Source: Octopus sinensis
Lineage: Eukaryota
Direction of reading: 5' to 3'
DNA length: 64,000 nucleotides
Assembly: GCF_006345805.1 (NCBI RefSeq)
Contig: NW_021832432.1
Location: 558,001-622,000 of the forward strand
Shown here: piece after piece, positions 37,689 to 50,559 of the stretch
Layout of the letters: the number at the start of each line of letters is the position of its first letter
Numbering within the stretch: position 1 is the first letter of the stretch
The notes under the pieces: model-generated
What the model saw: only the letters and a program-made list of their open reading frames with translations
Databases searched by the model: none
What the model was told of the DNA's origin: nothing
Translations under genes and position numbers: made by a program

Positions 37689-38304
37689 TCTTCTATACAC
37701 AATCATATACACCCATGCATATACATATATATTCACACATATATATTAGAAGCTCTTTAAGAAGAATTGTTAGACATCTATAATACTTTTTTGTATTTAA
37801 ATGCTAAATACCAGATATGTTCCACTTTTTTTGTTAACCTTTCATTATTATTCTAAAATAGCTTTCAAATATGTCAATATATATTGTGTTTTGCAAGAAT
37901 TTATAAATGGACTTCAGTTGTTTTTTTGAATTTTTGTTGCTTTATTTTTCTGAGCTTTTATTTTTCATTTTTTTTTTTACTATTATCATTTACCAGGTTT
38001 TTACTCTCGACAAATGAAGTACTTATTAACATTTGTTTTTGTGGGAGTTAAAATCTTCAGAAATATAGCAGAGCAGAGAAAATATTGATTAATTTTTTCC
38101 TACATAACTATAGATAAACATTAACTTCTTGGCCCGAGCAGCATGTAACTCACTCACAGCTTAAAACTAATTCAATACAAAAACAGAAAAATATCTGATT
38201 CAAAGAAAAAGACACAATGTTGTGCTTGAGATTTTACAAGTAATTCAATTTTTTGTCTAATTTGATCAAATATGATAAATAATTAAAAAGAAATATTGGT
38301 TTCA

Positions 38305-38500
38305 TATTTTGGCACAAGGCCAGCAATTTTGAGGTAGGGTCAAGTCATAGTGTTCAGCTGGTACTTATTTTGTCAACCATGAAAGAACGGGAAGCAAAGT
38401 CGACTTCAATGAAATTTGAACTCAGTAGGTAAGGATCGACGAAATGCCACTAAGCATTTTGTCCAGTGTGCTAACAATTCTGCCAGCTCACTGCCTTAAA
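38305..38500 (-). mobile_element. SINE family B, degenerate
   Basis: GGCACAAGGCC tail 2 and head reverse complement TTCTGCCAGCTCACTGCC. Confidence 0.75.
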
Positions 38501-38559
38501 TTTAAAAAAACAAAGAAGAAATATTGATAGTGATGAGAAACAGGAGATTAAAAAAACTT

Positions 38560-39060
38560 ATTAGCTTCACTTTAGATAAACTTCTGGGGAACCCTGATCA
38601 CTCTGTAATCATTGTCAATGTGTTTCTTATGGCAAAAATAAAAGCCACAATCCTTACCAGATTGCTCTTTTTGTCTGGAATAAAGCTGACTAGAACTCTT
38701 ATTGTATTAAGTTACAGTACCCAACTAAATTGGTCAGAATTTTACAATTCCAGAGATATTAATACTATCCTTCTGCACATCTTTAATTCAATTTGGGTCA
38801 CATGTAAAGCATCAGTCCTGCATAGATATAATAGAAACTCCAAGAGTACAATTTGAGAAATTTCAGCAGTTCACCTTGCCTGAGAAAGATGATGAGATGC
38901 TGAACATGAAAATAGATTACATAGAACAAAGGAAAATAGCAAATAGTTCAAAACAAATCCAACCATATCAAGCAGGTGACTAAGATCTTAAATTTAAAAC
39001 ATAGGAACCAGCCAGGATAGTAAAATGTTCTGGAACTATGTGCATTTGAAACAAAGGTCT
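38560..39060 (+). pseudogene. Old LINE fossil (APE-endonuclease end / linker region)
   Basis: LGNPDHSVIIVNV resembles the APE SDH motif region; heavily decayed. Confidence 0.4.
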
Positions 39061-39097
39061 TTAGTTGGCCCTCTCTACAATATTTTTGATGATCTCA

Positions 39098-40170
39098 AAT
39101 GAGGTGCTATCAAAAAGTTCCTGCACTAGTTCTGTAACATGCCAACAGATGGCACCACATGGTTACATGCACAGTGAGAGCTAGCAGTGACCTTCATGAG
39201 GCAATGTGCTGAGTGAAATTTGTGTTTTTGGAATCACATATATGTTGTAGTCTGCAATATTTGACATGGACAGGAACTTGGAACAAAGAGCCAACTTGAA
39301 ATTTTGCATTAAACTTGGGAAGTCTGCTACAGGGACATTGAATTGTTTTGGAAAGCTTACAGCGATGAAACAATGGGTTGTATGCTATGTTTTGTGTGGC
39401 AAAAGCACTTCAAAAGTGAAAGGATGTTCCTTGAAGATGATGAGCGACCTGGAAGACCTGCCATGAGCAACACCCCCAGTAATGTGGTATTGTGCATCAA
39501 AAATTCATTCCGTAAGGTCAGACCAACAATCAAGAATTCTACTGAGATGTTTGGAAGCATTTGAAGGAGGACATTTGGCAAAAGCAACCAGATCTGTGGA
39601 GCATGAAGAATTAGATTCTTTATGGCGACAATGCACCCTGTCACCGAGCCCTCCTCATTCGTGAGTTTTTGCCAAAAACATGGTATTGCCTCTACAGCCA
39701 CCCTATTCACCAGGTCTACCACCTGTAGACTTTCATCTCTTCCCCAAGATGAAAATGCTGCTCAAAGATAGCTGTTTTAACACCATTGTCATGATCCAGA
39801 GTGAATCACAGAAAGTATTAAACAATTACCTAACTCTTAGCATCATCTCTTTTGAAATAGTCAACCTTTCACAGCAATACACCAGTCTCAGCATTCCTGC
39901 CGCTTTTGGAATCCAGCCTGGAATTTGTTTATGGTGACAATGCACCCTGTCACCGAGCCCCCCTCATTCGTGAGTTTTTGCCAAAAACATGGTATTGCCT
40001 CTACAGCCACCCTATTCACCAGGCTGGATTCCAAAAGCGGCAGGAATGCTGAGACTGGTGTATTGCTGTGAAAGGTTGACTATTTCAAAAGAGATGATGC
40101 TAAGACTTAGGTAAATAAATTATTTTTTTATTAAAGTTCTAGTCCTAGAACCTTTTGATACCTTCTCGTA
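39098..40170 (+). mobile_element. Internally deleted, rearranged mariner with both TIRs
   Basis: TIRs ATGAGGTGCTATCAAAAAGTTCCTGCACTAG / CTAGTCCTAGAACCTTTTGATACCTTCTCGTA; EQRANLKFCIKLGKS, LEDDERPGRP, QPPYSPGLPPVDFHLFPKMK (YSPDLAP-like). Confidence 0.9.
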
Positions 40171-40249
40171 GAGTGTACAGAATTTTTTGCCAAATGCCAT
40201 GCTGGCATTTTTACAATTGAAAATCCTAATGTACTGTTTTCACTGCTAC

Positions 40250-41020
40250 TAACACCAAATTCCAAAACATCTGCTGAATTTATTCCTGCAATGCAGAAAC
40301 ACTAACTCAAGCATATGTGCAAGTATGCTTCCTCTGGCCTTATTGGTGTCTCTTATCTGTTTCTGAAATGCACCAGGTTCTTTCTATTGCACAAGCTTTC
40401 ATTATTTTCCCAATTCTGACTTAATAACTGCTTTACTCCAAAACAGGTCAGATTATGACAAAGAGCTATGGTGCAAGATACAGCTTAATGTTGTCTTACA
40501 CTTTTACTCTTAATTGACTGTAAAGTCAATTATCTGGCATTTTCTATTCTCTTTATTTACTACTACTAAAACAGGCCTTCTAGCTTCTATTACTCTGTCA
40601 TTCTGAATATTAAAGTCCCACAACATCTATTTCTTACTGTCTAGTATATTACTAGATTCATGTTTATCCCATTTATCATATGGTCGAATCCTAGCTTTCT
40701 ACATAACCCCCAATGGATTGCTCTCCCTAGATTGTCTTTTCTTGCAATCTTTCTGTGCCAGCATGCTACATTCACTTGCAATATGAGTAACACTTTCCTC
40801 TTTTGATTTGCATAACCTACATTGAGAATCTACTTGGTTTTTGCCTGTATTGGCTTTTATCCAATTAGTTCTTAATGTTTGGTCTTGAGCTGCTATTAAC
40901 AAACTTTCTGTTTCTCTTTTGTTCCTTACTTTCTGCAACCATATCCATGTTTCACTACTACTATTTACTGCAACTATCTTTGGAAATCTACCATACAAAG
41001 TATTCTTCTACCAGTCAGAT
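40250..41020 (-). pseudogene. R4/Dong-like LINE fragment: CCHC knuckle + REL endonuclease
   Basis: ETESLLIAAQDQTLRTN, CRLCKSKEESVTHIASEC, LWDFNIQNDRVIEARRP. Confidence 0.85.
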
Positions 41021-41023
41021 AAT

Positions 41024-41079
<56 letters not shown>

Positions 41080-41169
41080 TCACCACCACCACCACCACAA
41101 TCCACCAACACCACCACAATCCACCAACACCACCACCACCACCACTACCACCACTTCTTCTTTGCTTTT

Positions 41170-41600
41170 AATCTGCATGTTTGTTACAATCACTTGCTGA
41201 GACACAGCCAGCATCCTAGGGTGAGTGAAGGATGAGGGATGTTACAATATGACTGAAAGCTTGGGGTGGGGAAGTAGCAGGGTAGTAGTGAAATATCTTC
41301 ATGTAATACAACACAGACATTTAAATTGATAGGTTTTTTTCTTAGGATGTGAGCAGTACTTGTCAGCTCGGTCTTTTGAATTTCTCTGAGACATGGTTCT
41401 CCTGGGATGTTATGTAGATGTTTCTGACATCCTTTTTTTTCTATCATACCTAGGGCACCTACAATAATGGGAACAGTTCTTGCTTTAAGATGCCACATCT
41501 TTTGTATTTCAGTTTCCAGTTACTTAATTTGCCAAATTCCTTTACTGATATATTTTCACCAGTGAGAACATTTACATCTATTTGTCTACAAGTATTTTCT
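41170..41600 (-). pseudogene. Second R4/Dong-like 3' end between (TAC)/(CAC) and (AAT) tracts
   Basis: MWHLKARTVPIIVGALGMI...IQKTELTSTAHILRK. Confidence 0.8.
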
Positions 41601-41642
41601 TTCCTGTATTTAATAATGATAATAATAATAATAATAATAATA

Positions 41643-41673
<31 letters not shown>

Positions 41674-41755
41674 AATAATAATGATGATAATAACAATAGT
41701 AATAATAATAATAACAACGATAATGAAGATGATAATAACAATAGTAATAATAATG

Positions 41756-41807
<52 letters not shown>

Positions 41808-41835
41808 CAACAACAACAACAATAATAATTATTTT
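41601..41835. repeat. (AAT)n microsatellite
   Basis: Direct reading. Confidence 0.95.
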
Positions 41836-42572
41836 TATTATGTATCTATGATGATAAAGAGAAAAGAGAGAATTTTTTTTATGTCAGTGCAAGAATGTGT
41901 GTGTGCATGTATGCACGTGCAAAACTTCAAAAAGATTTTGATCTTATTCTCCAGGTACAGGTTATGGTTAGGTTGAATATGTATTTATTCAAAATTTGTT
42001 TTTTTTTCAAATTCCTTGCAATATAGATCATACCATTATTCTCCTCAGTCAATATACCTGTTAACATAACGATGTTATCCTTTCATCTGACAGCTTTAGC
42101 TCATGTTCAAGCTCTGAAGCTGGTTTAAGAATAACAAAGAAAATGTAGAATTACATTCACTTTGCGAGAAAAAAAAATATCCACCTCAAGGGACCAGCTT
42201 ATACAAGATGGTGCTAGGTCAATAAGTTGTTTATGTGAATAGATATTTTGATATTTTGTACAGCATTTTGTACAGTTCTTCTTCTTTATTAAGGTTATAC
42301 CATCACCATTTTAGCATCCACTTCTCCATAATTGCAAGGGTTTGACAGAACTTGCTGAGACAGATTTTGTATGGCCAAATGCCATTCTTGTCAGCAACCC
42401 TCACTTGTTTTCAGTTATGATATCCCCCTACTCCATGAATAGACATGTTTTCAAGGAAGACTGGCAAGGGACAACACTGGTTTATGTTGATGACTCATTT
42501 ACAGTTATCATGTGATGTCAAGACCAGAAGACACAAACACATATACATCTACATGCAGATAATCATGTACAG

Positions 42573-42852
42573 AACGTAGCGGCAGACGAAATACCGCTAA
42601 GCACTTCGCCCAGTGTGCTAAAGTTTCTCATTTCTTTATTGCCCACAAGGGGCTACACATAGAGGGAACAAACAAGGACAGACAAATGGATTAAGTCGAT
42701 TACATCGACCCCACTGCATAACTGATTCTTATTTAATCGACCCCAAAAGGATGAAAGGCAAAGTCAACCTCAGTGGAATTTGAACTCTGAGCGTAGAGCA
42801 GATGCTAAGCATTTCGCCCGGTGTGCTAACTTTTCTGTGGGCTCGTCGCCTC
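42573..42852 (-). mobile_element. SINE family B with start of a second unit
   Basis: Tail1-to-head' junction at ~42630. Confidence 0.85.
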
Positions 42853-42978
42853 CTGACTGAGTATATCAATAAGCCTGAAGCTAATCAAGAAACCAATATT
42901 GTATTAAACATAAGGCCCATAATATACTTTGGATCTACACAAGGAGCAGGTTCTGAGAGAAGTGAATAATAAATAAAT

Positions 42979-43142
42979 AGGCGTAGGAGTGGCTGTGTAG
43001 TAAGTAGCTTGCTTACGAATCACATAGTTCTGGGTTCAGTCCCACTGTATGGTACCTTGGGCAAGTGTCTTCTACTATAGCCTTGGGCCAACCAAAGCCT
43101 TGTGAGTGCATTTGGTAGACGGAAACTGAAAGAAGCCCATCG

Positions 43143-43224
<82 letters not shown>

Positions 43225-43460
43225 ATATATGTATGTATGTGTGTGTATATGTATGTATGTGTCTGTGTTTGTCCCCCCCAACATCACTTGACAACCGATG
43301 CTGGTGTGTTTCCGTCCCCATAAATTAGTGGTTCAGCAAAAGAGACCGATAGAATAAGTACTAGGCTTACAAAGAATAAGTCCCGGGGTCAATTTGCTCG
43401 ACTAAAAGGCGGTGCTCCAGCATGGCCGCAGTCAAATGACTGAAACAAGTAAAAGAGTAA
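42979..43460 (+). mobile_element. SINE family A, full length, expanded internal (TA)n
   Basis: GGCGTAGGAGTGGCTGTG head to GACTGAAACAAGTAAAAGAG tail. Confidence 0.93.
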
Positions 43461-43815
43461 ATAACAATTGGATATTGTGTCAATTTACTTCAGCTGTTTG
43501 TAACAAATGTTTAATTAATTAATGGAGACATTACATCATTAGAAAAAACCGTTTTATCAGATGATTACATGAACCACAACATTCAATGTGGTGAATCTTT
43601 ATTTGCATACCTGTCAACCCTGGCTGCCTACCATGAAATATGAAATAATTCTTTTCAGCTTTTTGTACTTCGATAAGAAAAAAATCCACAACCTTCCACC
43701 CCAATAAACTACTATTGTTCCTGAAAGTTGTTTTTTATATTTTCTGTGGATTGCTTGAGGTTCACCTTCTTCCTACACCTCAATCCTTGAATCTTACATT
43801 TATATATCTATATCT

Positions 43816-44175
43816 TCATCATCATCATCATCATCATCATAGTTTAACGTCTGCTTTCCATGCTGGCATGGGTTGGGCAGTTTGACTGAGGACTGGTGAG
43901 CCAGAGGCTGCACGAGGCTCAATCTGATCTGGCAAAGTTTCTACAGCTGGATGCCCTTTCTAATGCCAACCATTCCGAGAGTGTAGTGGGTGCTTTTTAT
44001 GCATCACTGGCATGAAGGCCAGTCAGGTGGTTCTGGCAACAACCATGCTCAAATGGTGTTTTTACGTGCTACCTGCACGGGAACCAGCCCGGCGGCACTG
44101 GCAACAACCAAGCTCAAATGTTGTTTTTCATGTCCACCGGCACAGGTGACAGTAAGGCAATGCTGGCAACGATCA
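43816..44175 (-). mobile_element. RTE-type 3' end/3'UTR with (GAT)n tail
   Basis: CTACAGCTGGATGCCCTT motif; family of 61339-61940. Confidence 0.8.
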
Positions 44176-44179
44176 CATG

Positions 44180-45040
44180 GCAACGCTCCATGCCCTACGC
44201 TACCAGCACACAAAGCAAAATGACATGCAGACAGAATATACTGGTCTGGGAGGAATTGCAATCCCTGAAGCAAAATTGGTGTATGACCTGGGCATTGATG
44301 TATCTTTTCAAGTGCATATTACCAATTTGGTAATAAAATGCAGACAGCTAGCTGGATGGATCCTCTGAACTTTCAAAACAAGAGAAAAGGAGACATTGAT
44401 TGTCCTTTGGAGGACATATATTCTCAGCTGCCTGAACTACTGCTCCCAACTATGGTCACCACACAATATAAAATTCATGGCAGAATTCAAGACAATCCAA
44501 TGAAGCTACACTAAAAAAATCATCTTGATGCAACCCATCAGCTATTGGGAAAGACTGAAAAAATTTAAACTTTTCTCCCTAGAATGAAAGCAGGGAAAAT
44601 ATGCAGCGATACACATATGGAAAATCCTGGAAGGCCATGTACCAAACTTTGGCATTGAAAGTTACTCAACTGCAGAATGGGATGCCACTGCATAGTGCCA
44701 AAGATTGCAGCATCACCATCAAATTACAGAACCAGACACTGCAACAGCTTGGGCTTCAAGGGCCAACAGCTCTTCAATATCCTTCTAAAATGCCTGAGAG
44801 ATGTGCACAGTGTGGATATAAGTGTCTTTAAAACAAAACTTGATCTCTTTCTGTCAAGAGTTCCAGACGAGCCTACCTCACGGCAGGAAACACAGATGAG
44901 GGCAGCAGCATCAAACTTCCTCATTGACCAAATGCCACATATCAGAGGAGGTTTCAAATAATGGTGTAGCTCAGTCAACAGTGGTGCCCCAGCATGACTG
45001 CAGCTTTGAAGCTGAAACATTTTAAAGAATTAAAGAAAAT
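44180..45040 (+). pseudogene. CR1-group LINE 3' portion (same family as 20672-21760)
   Basis: YTGLGGIAIPEAKLVYDLGI, HCIVPKI...FKTKLDLFLSRVPDEP, tail GGTGCCCCAGCATG. Confidence 0.88.
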
Positions 45041-45045
45041 ATATA

Positions 45046-45082
<37 letters not shown>

Positions 45083-45084
<2 letters not shown>

Positions 45085-45615
45085 GCACTCACTAAACGAA
45101 TTGAAGGCATGGCTGTTCTCGATTATTGGGATCGCCTTAAAGCCTTGAAACTCTACTCTCTCCAGCGTTGCCGTGAGCGGTACATCATTTGTACGATGTG
45201 GAGAATATACCGCCAACTTTGCCCAAACGACCTGAACATTAGCTTCAAGGTTCATCCAAGACTGGGACCACGGGCCATATGTCCCCTGCTCAATTCAAGA
45301 TCACAGCATACATGTACACTGCAACATAATTTCTTTTCCTCAACAAGCCCTGTCCTATTTAACATTGTCCCGAAAGAGATCAAAGAGGAAAAGGATCCCA
45401 TCAACTTTAAACGAAGTCTGGATAGATTCCTTCAAGGAATACCAGATAAGCTACCCATAATTGGATACAACTCACCCAATAAAAACTCACTACTTGAATG
45501 GACCATAAACAAAACTTGACTTAAACAGGATTCAAATAATCCTATCAGGTGGTGCTATTAAGTTAGACATGGCCTGGACCAATCTTTGGTCGAAACATAT
45601 CTAAGTTTATCTAAG
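45083..45615 (+). pseudogene. Second CR1-group LINE family, 3' end
   Basis: LDYWDRLKALKLYSLQRCRERYIICTMWRI...FKRSLDRFLQGIPDKLP; 3' stem-loop and (CTAAGTTTAT) tail. Confidence 0.85.
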
Positions 45616-46269
45616 TTTATATATATATATATATATTTCGTTTTTGGATTTGGTTTGCAAGATTCTTTATATGAGTTCGTGTGTTGAAGTATATTCTGTT
45701 GTGTCTGGAGAGAGTCATTTTCTTTTTGTGCCTTATAATTTAACACACTCACCGGTAAAATTTCCACTTATTTCTTATTTTTATTTTTCTAAAATTTGCG
45801 TTGCGTCTTGCAACCTTTTCAATAGTCTTGACTCTGTTCCTTATTTACACACACATATATATTATCATCCTCACCCTTTTCTTATGTATGTATGTATGTA
45901 TGTAGTATGTATGTATGTATGTATGTATGTATCTTGAACTTCCACTCAGTTTTCTATCTTCCAAATTTCTATCATGAGACACTGGCCTAACCAAACCTAT
46001 GGTATAACAGAAGAGAAATTTGTCATGATGCTAAGCAGGGGTATTAAACACAGAGGCCTGTAGTTGTACAGTGAATGTCTTTACCACACAGGCAAGTCTT
46101 GTCTCACACCTGTTAGCAAACAGTATGGATCTAGCCTTACACTCAAAAGTGGACTTGAACCTCATCGAATGCTGATAGCATAGAAGTATGAAGTTGTGAA
46201 CCGGTCGGGTGAGGAAGGTGAGTTACAAGAATTAATAAAGGAAATTGCATAAAAGTTGCTTCAGGGATA

Positions 46270-47500
46270 GTTGTGTGTTGGTGGCGGTGGTGGTGGTGGT
46301 GGGGAATGGGTTGCAACATTATACAACAGCCCAATCTGTTGATACAGGAAATCTGAGAAACAGGAAAGAGGTGTGTGTGTGTATTTGGGAGGGGGTGAGA
46401 AAGTGAGAGGAGGAGGGAGAAAGAAAGAAAAAGAAAGTAAGAAAGAACAAAAGAAAGAAAGAAAAAAAAAGAAAGAAATGAATGCAATAGAGTCGCTGAG
46501 AAGTAGTGCTGATTTTGGGGTGATGGATACGGGGCTGGAAACTGGTATGGTAGAGGTGATGGGGATGGAAGTGGTGGTTGTGGTGGTGATGGTGGTGACT
46601 ACAGCAATAAGTGTAATGCTGATGACAGTAATCATTATGGTGATGATGATGATTGTGATGAGGATGATGATGGTGATGAGGATGATGATGATGATAGCAA
46701 GAGGGAAAATAATGAGAATATAACGATAGTGATTATAACAAATATTAGCATTGGGGAAATAATGGCAAAAGTAGTAATGATGATGATGATGATGATGATG
46801 ATGATGCTGTCGATGACGATAACAACAGCAAGAATGGTGATGATGATGATGATAATGGCAATGATGATGATAACAATAATGATGATGACCCCCCAATGAC
46901 AATAGTGATAATGATAATGATGATAATGGTAATAACAATATGAATAACAAGAAAAGAGAACTGTGAGGAGTAGAAGGAGGCGGATAAGTACAGTAAGAGG
47001 AAGGGTGGAGGAGGAGGAGGTGGGGTAAAGAAGGAGGTGGGGAAGGGTAGTGGAGGGGAGAGTGGGGGAAGATAGTGGAGGAGGAGGGGCAGTGGAGGAG
47101 GATGGTAGTGGGGTAAGAGGAGGAGGACGAATAGTAGGAGTAGGAAGAGGAGGAGCAGGACGAATAATTGCGGAGGTGGTAGTGATGGGAGAGGATTTTT
47201 AATCCAGATTATGTAAAGAAAAAAAAAGGAAAAAAAAAGCATTAATTACAAACAAATAAATAAATACTCCACCCACACATCAAGAAAAAGAACACCATTA
47301 CCCACCAAGGGACATTTTCCCACCCAAAACTCATTAAAATAATATCAATGAACATTTGAAGAAGTCCTTTAATATTCTACTTTAATATTTGCCATTATTT
47401 GTAGTCCCAAGTGTTGTTGTTGTTGTTGTTCGTGGTGATGGTGGTTGTGGTGGTGGTGGTGATGTTGTTACTGTTTATTTTTTGCATTGTGTGTGTATGT
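46270..47500. repeat. Low-complexity GAT/GGT/GGA/GAAA tract
   Basis: Direct reading; source of the poly-H/I/T ORFs. Confidence 0.9.
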
Positions 47501-47591
47501 TTGTGTATGTATGTATCTATGTATTTCTGTGTGTATATGTGATTGTGTGTGCATATAGGTATGTGTATGTGTGTACAAATGAGCATGGATA

Positions 47592-47634
<43 letters not shown>

Positions 47635-47924
47635 ATGTGTGTCTGCATATGTGCCTATGTGTACATATGCATGTGTTTATGGGTGCACCAATGCATGTAT
47701 ATGTGTACGTGTGTGTTTGTGTGAGTATGTGTGTGCCTGTTCATGTGTGTGCGTGTGTGTGTGTTTGTGAATGTGTATGATGTATATGTACGTTGTCTGT
47801 GTGTGTATTTGTGTCTTGATGCACATGTATGTATATATGTGCATGTGTGTGAGTGCATGTATGTGTCGTGTGTGTGTGTGTGTATGCATGATACATGCAT
47901 GTGTGTATCTATATGTGCATGTAT

Positions 47925-48170
47925 GAAGGCTTGTGGCTTAGTGATTAAAGTGTTCAGATCACAATCATAATGTCATGAGTTCAATACCCAAGCGGCACAC
48001 TGTGCCCTTGAGCAAGACTCTCTATTTCACCCTACTCCAGTCTACTCAGCAGGCAAAAATGAGCAGTACCTGTATTTCAAAGAGCCCTTTAGTTACATTT
48101 TCTGTCGCACTTGAATCTCCCTGACAACTACATTAAGGGCACATGCATCTGTGGAGTGTTTAGCCACTTC
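47925..48170 (+). mobile_element. SINE family F
   Basis: tRNA-like head GGCTTAGTGATTAAAG...GAGTTCAATAC, CTTGAGCAAGAC core. Confidence 0.75.
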
Positions 48171-48480
48171 ATCATCATCATCATTTAACATCTGCTCTCC
48201 ATCATGGCATGGGTTAGATAGTTTGACTGGAGCCGATGAGCTGGAGAGCTGCACCAGCTTTGGAATGGTTTCTACTGCTGGATGCTCTTCCTAATGCCAC
48301 CTAACTCCTGGAGTGGTTAGCGTTAGGATGGGCATCCAGCTGTAGAAACCATGCCAAATCTGACTGGAACTTGGTGTGGCTCTCCAACTCATTAGCACCA
48401 GTCAATCCGTCTAACCCATGCCAACATGGATAACAGACGTTAAATGATGATGATGATGATGATGATGAAGATGATGATCA
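48170..48480. mobile_element. Two short RTE-type 3' tails in opposite orientation
   Basis: 48170-48300 (-) and 48305-48480 (+), (ATC)n/(GAT)n at the outer ends. Confidence 0.7.
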
Positions 48481-48611
48481 TGAAGTTACTGAGCATTCCA
48501 CAGACATATGTACCCTTAATGTAGTTCTCAGGGAGATTCAGTGTGACAGAGAATTTGCACATTGATTTCACGAATAGGCTGTTCTGTTGAGCGAATCAAC
48601 TGGAACCTTTA

Positions 48612-48985
48612 TCATCATTATCATCATCATCGTTTACCATCCGCTTTCCATGCTAGCATGGGTTGGATGATTTGACTGAGAGCTGGCGAACCAGATGGCT
48701 GCACCAGGCTCCAATCTGATCTGGCAGAGTTTCTACAGCTGGATGCCCTTCCTAACGCCAACCACTCCGAGAGTGTAGTGGGTGCTTTTACGTGCCATTG
48801 GCACGAGGGCCAGTCTGGCAGTACTGGCAACGGCCATGCTCAAATGGTGTTTTTTACATGCCACCTGCACAGGAGTCAGTCTAGCAGCACTGGCAACGAC
48901 CTCACTCGAATGCTTTGTTCATGTGCCACCGGCACAAGTGCCAGTAAGGTGTCGCTGGTAACAATGGAATGCCAGGATGTGCATG
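48612..48985 (-). mobile_element. RTE-type 3' end/3'UTR
   Basis: Family of 61339-61940. Confidence 0.85.
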
Positions 48986-49119
48986 TGAATGTGTGTGTGT
49001 GTGCATGTGAATATATGTATGTGTGTGTATACATGTTTGTATCTGTACATGTTTCTATCTGTACATATGTTTGTGTCTGTATCTGCATGTGTGTATGTTT
49101 ATCTTAGTGTGCCTCTAGG

Positions 49120-49231
49120 TACAAACATGCATGTGTACAAACATGCATGTGTACAAACATGCATGTGTACAAACATGCATGTGTACAAACATGCATGTGT
49201 ACAAACATGCATGTGTACAAATATGCATGTA
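49120..49231 (+). repeat. 16-bp minisatellite x7 (TACAAACATGCATGTG)
   Basis: Six perfect units plus one variant. Confidence 0.95.
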
Positions 49232-49323
49232 CATGAATGGCTGTGCTTTTGTGTGTATGTATGTATGTTTGAATGTACACATGTGACTATATTAAGAGTT
49301 ATGTGAATGTATATCCGTGCATG

Positions 49324-49536
49324 TACATGGGGGTGCTGAAAAGTTCCTGGCTTTAAGGGTATTACAAAAGGTCTGTTTGGAGGCCAACCTTCCAAGTTCT
49401 TTTATAGGGCTTAGAAAAACTGAAGGACCACTGCAATATGAGTGTGAATCTGAGAGGGGAATATCTTTAATAAAATCATAATTAGCTGATCCTCCTGTAT
49501 TTTCTTTTACCCAAACTTTCAGCACCCCTCATATGT
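49324..49536. mobile_element. Mariner-type MITE (family of 1183-1404)
   Basis: TIRs GGGGTGCTGAAAAGTT / AACTTTCAGCACCCC. Confidence 0.85.
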
Positions 49537-49574
49537 ACACACACACACACACATATATTTAAAATTAAAATTAA

Positions 49575-49945
49575 AATAAGGGTAAAAAATTGAATATTAA
49601 TTTGATAACATCAATTTAACACCAATGGTCTAGCATATTAAAAACTGAAGGTTCAGTAAATTGTATTACATACATATTAGAGGGATGACCACAATGCGGA
49701 CAACCCTAATGCTAGAAGTAGATCCACTATGGTCTTACCACTAAGAAATGTTCTCTAGAAAATTTAGCAAACATTGTTTATGATTAAACTATATTTTTGT
49801 TACTTTTCATTTGTCTTGTTCATTACGTTCCTGTTTGCTGAATTTTCTAGAGAACATTTCTTAGTGGTAAGAACATAGCGGATCTACTTCTAGCATTAGG
49901 GTTGTCCACATAGTGGTCATCCCTCTAACATGTATGTATATATAT
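49575..49945. mobile_element. Microsatellite-embedded element with ~105-bp foldback
   Basis: Arms ~49668-49772 / ~49835-49938; unfolded copy at 55255-55490. Confidence 0.75.
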
Positions 49946-49969
49946 ATATGTGTGTGGTGGTGGTGGGGG

Positions 49970-50175
49970 AAGGGGGGAACTGAAAAGTTCTTGGCTTTAA
50001 GGGTATCGTGAAAGGCCTATTGGAGGATCAAACTTCCAAGTTCTTAGAAAAACTGAAGGACCGCTGCAATATGTATGTGAATCTGAGAGGGGAATATTTT
50101 GAATAAAATCATAATTAAAAGAAAATGCGGGATCTTCCTGCATTTTCTTTTACCCAATGCCAGGAACTATTCAGC
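49970..50175. mobile_element. Mariner-type MITE (third copy)
   Basis: CTGAAAAGTTCTTGGCTTTAAGGGTATCG ... CAGGAACTATTCAGCAC. Confidence 0.8.
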
Positions 50176-50559
50176 ACTTGCTTTTGTATGGGTTTACATG
50201 TGTGCCTGTGTATAGAGGTATGTGCATGTATGTCTATGCTTGCATAAATCGGTGCATGTATATGTGAATGCTTGTCATCTGTGTGTGGCTAAGTTTTCTT
50301 GTGTATACAAATGTTTGTGGGGAAGGCAACAGTGTATGGTTGTATGTATGCGTTTGAGTCTCCATATGTATGTATTTATGTTTGTATGCCATTGTTCAGT
50401 TTTATTTCAAGGTTTCTTGCCAATAGAGAAAAAGCTGGTTTCTAACTTAGATCCAAGACTCCTTCATTGGAATTTTAACATCAACAACAGGGTATTTTGG
50501 TTTGTATGTATGTATGTATGTATGTATGTATGTATGCAGATTTGCATGTTTTGCTTTAT

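Noticed and set aside
45570-45612. GACCA-loop-TGGTC GAAAC ATATCTAAG as a hammerhead
   Set aside because: There is no CUGANGA upstream; it is better explained as the LINE 3' recognition stem-loop.
46261-46950. 229-aa His/Ile/Thr-rich ORF
   Set aside because: Derived from GAT/GGT microsatellites.
46980-47190. G-quadruplex-prone purine tract
   Set aside because: Ordinary low-complexity sequence with no evidence of function.
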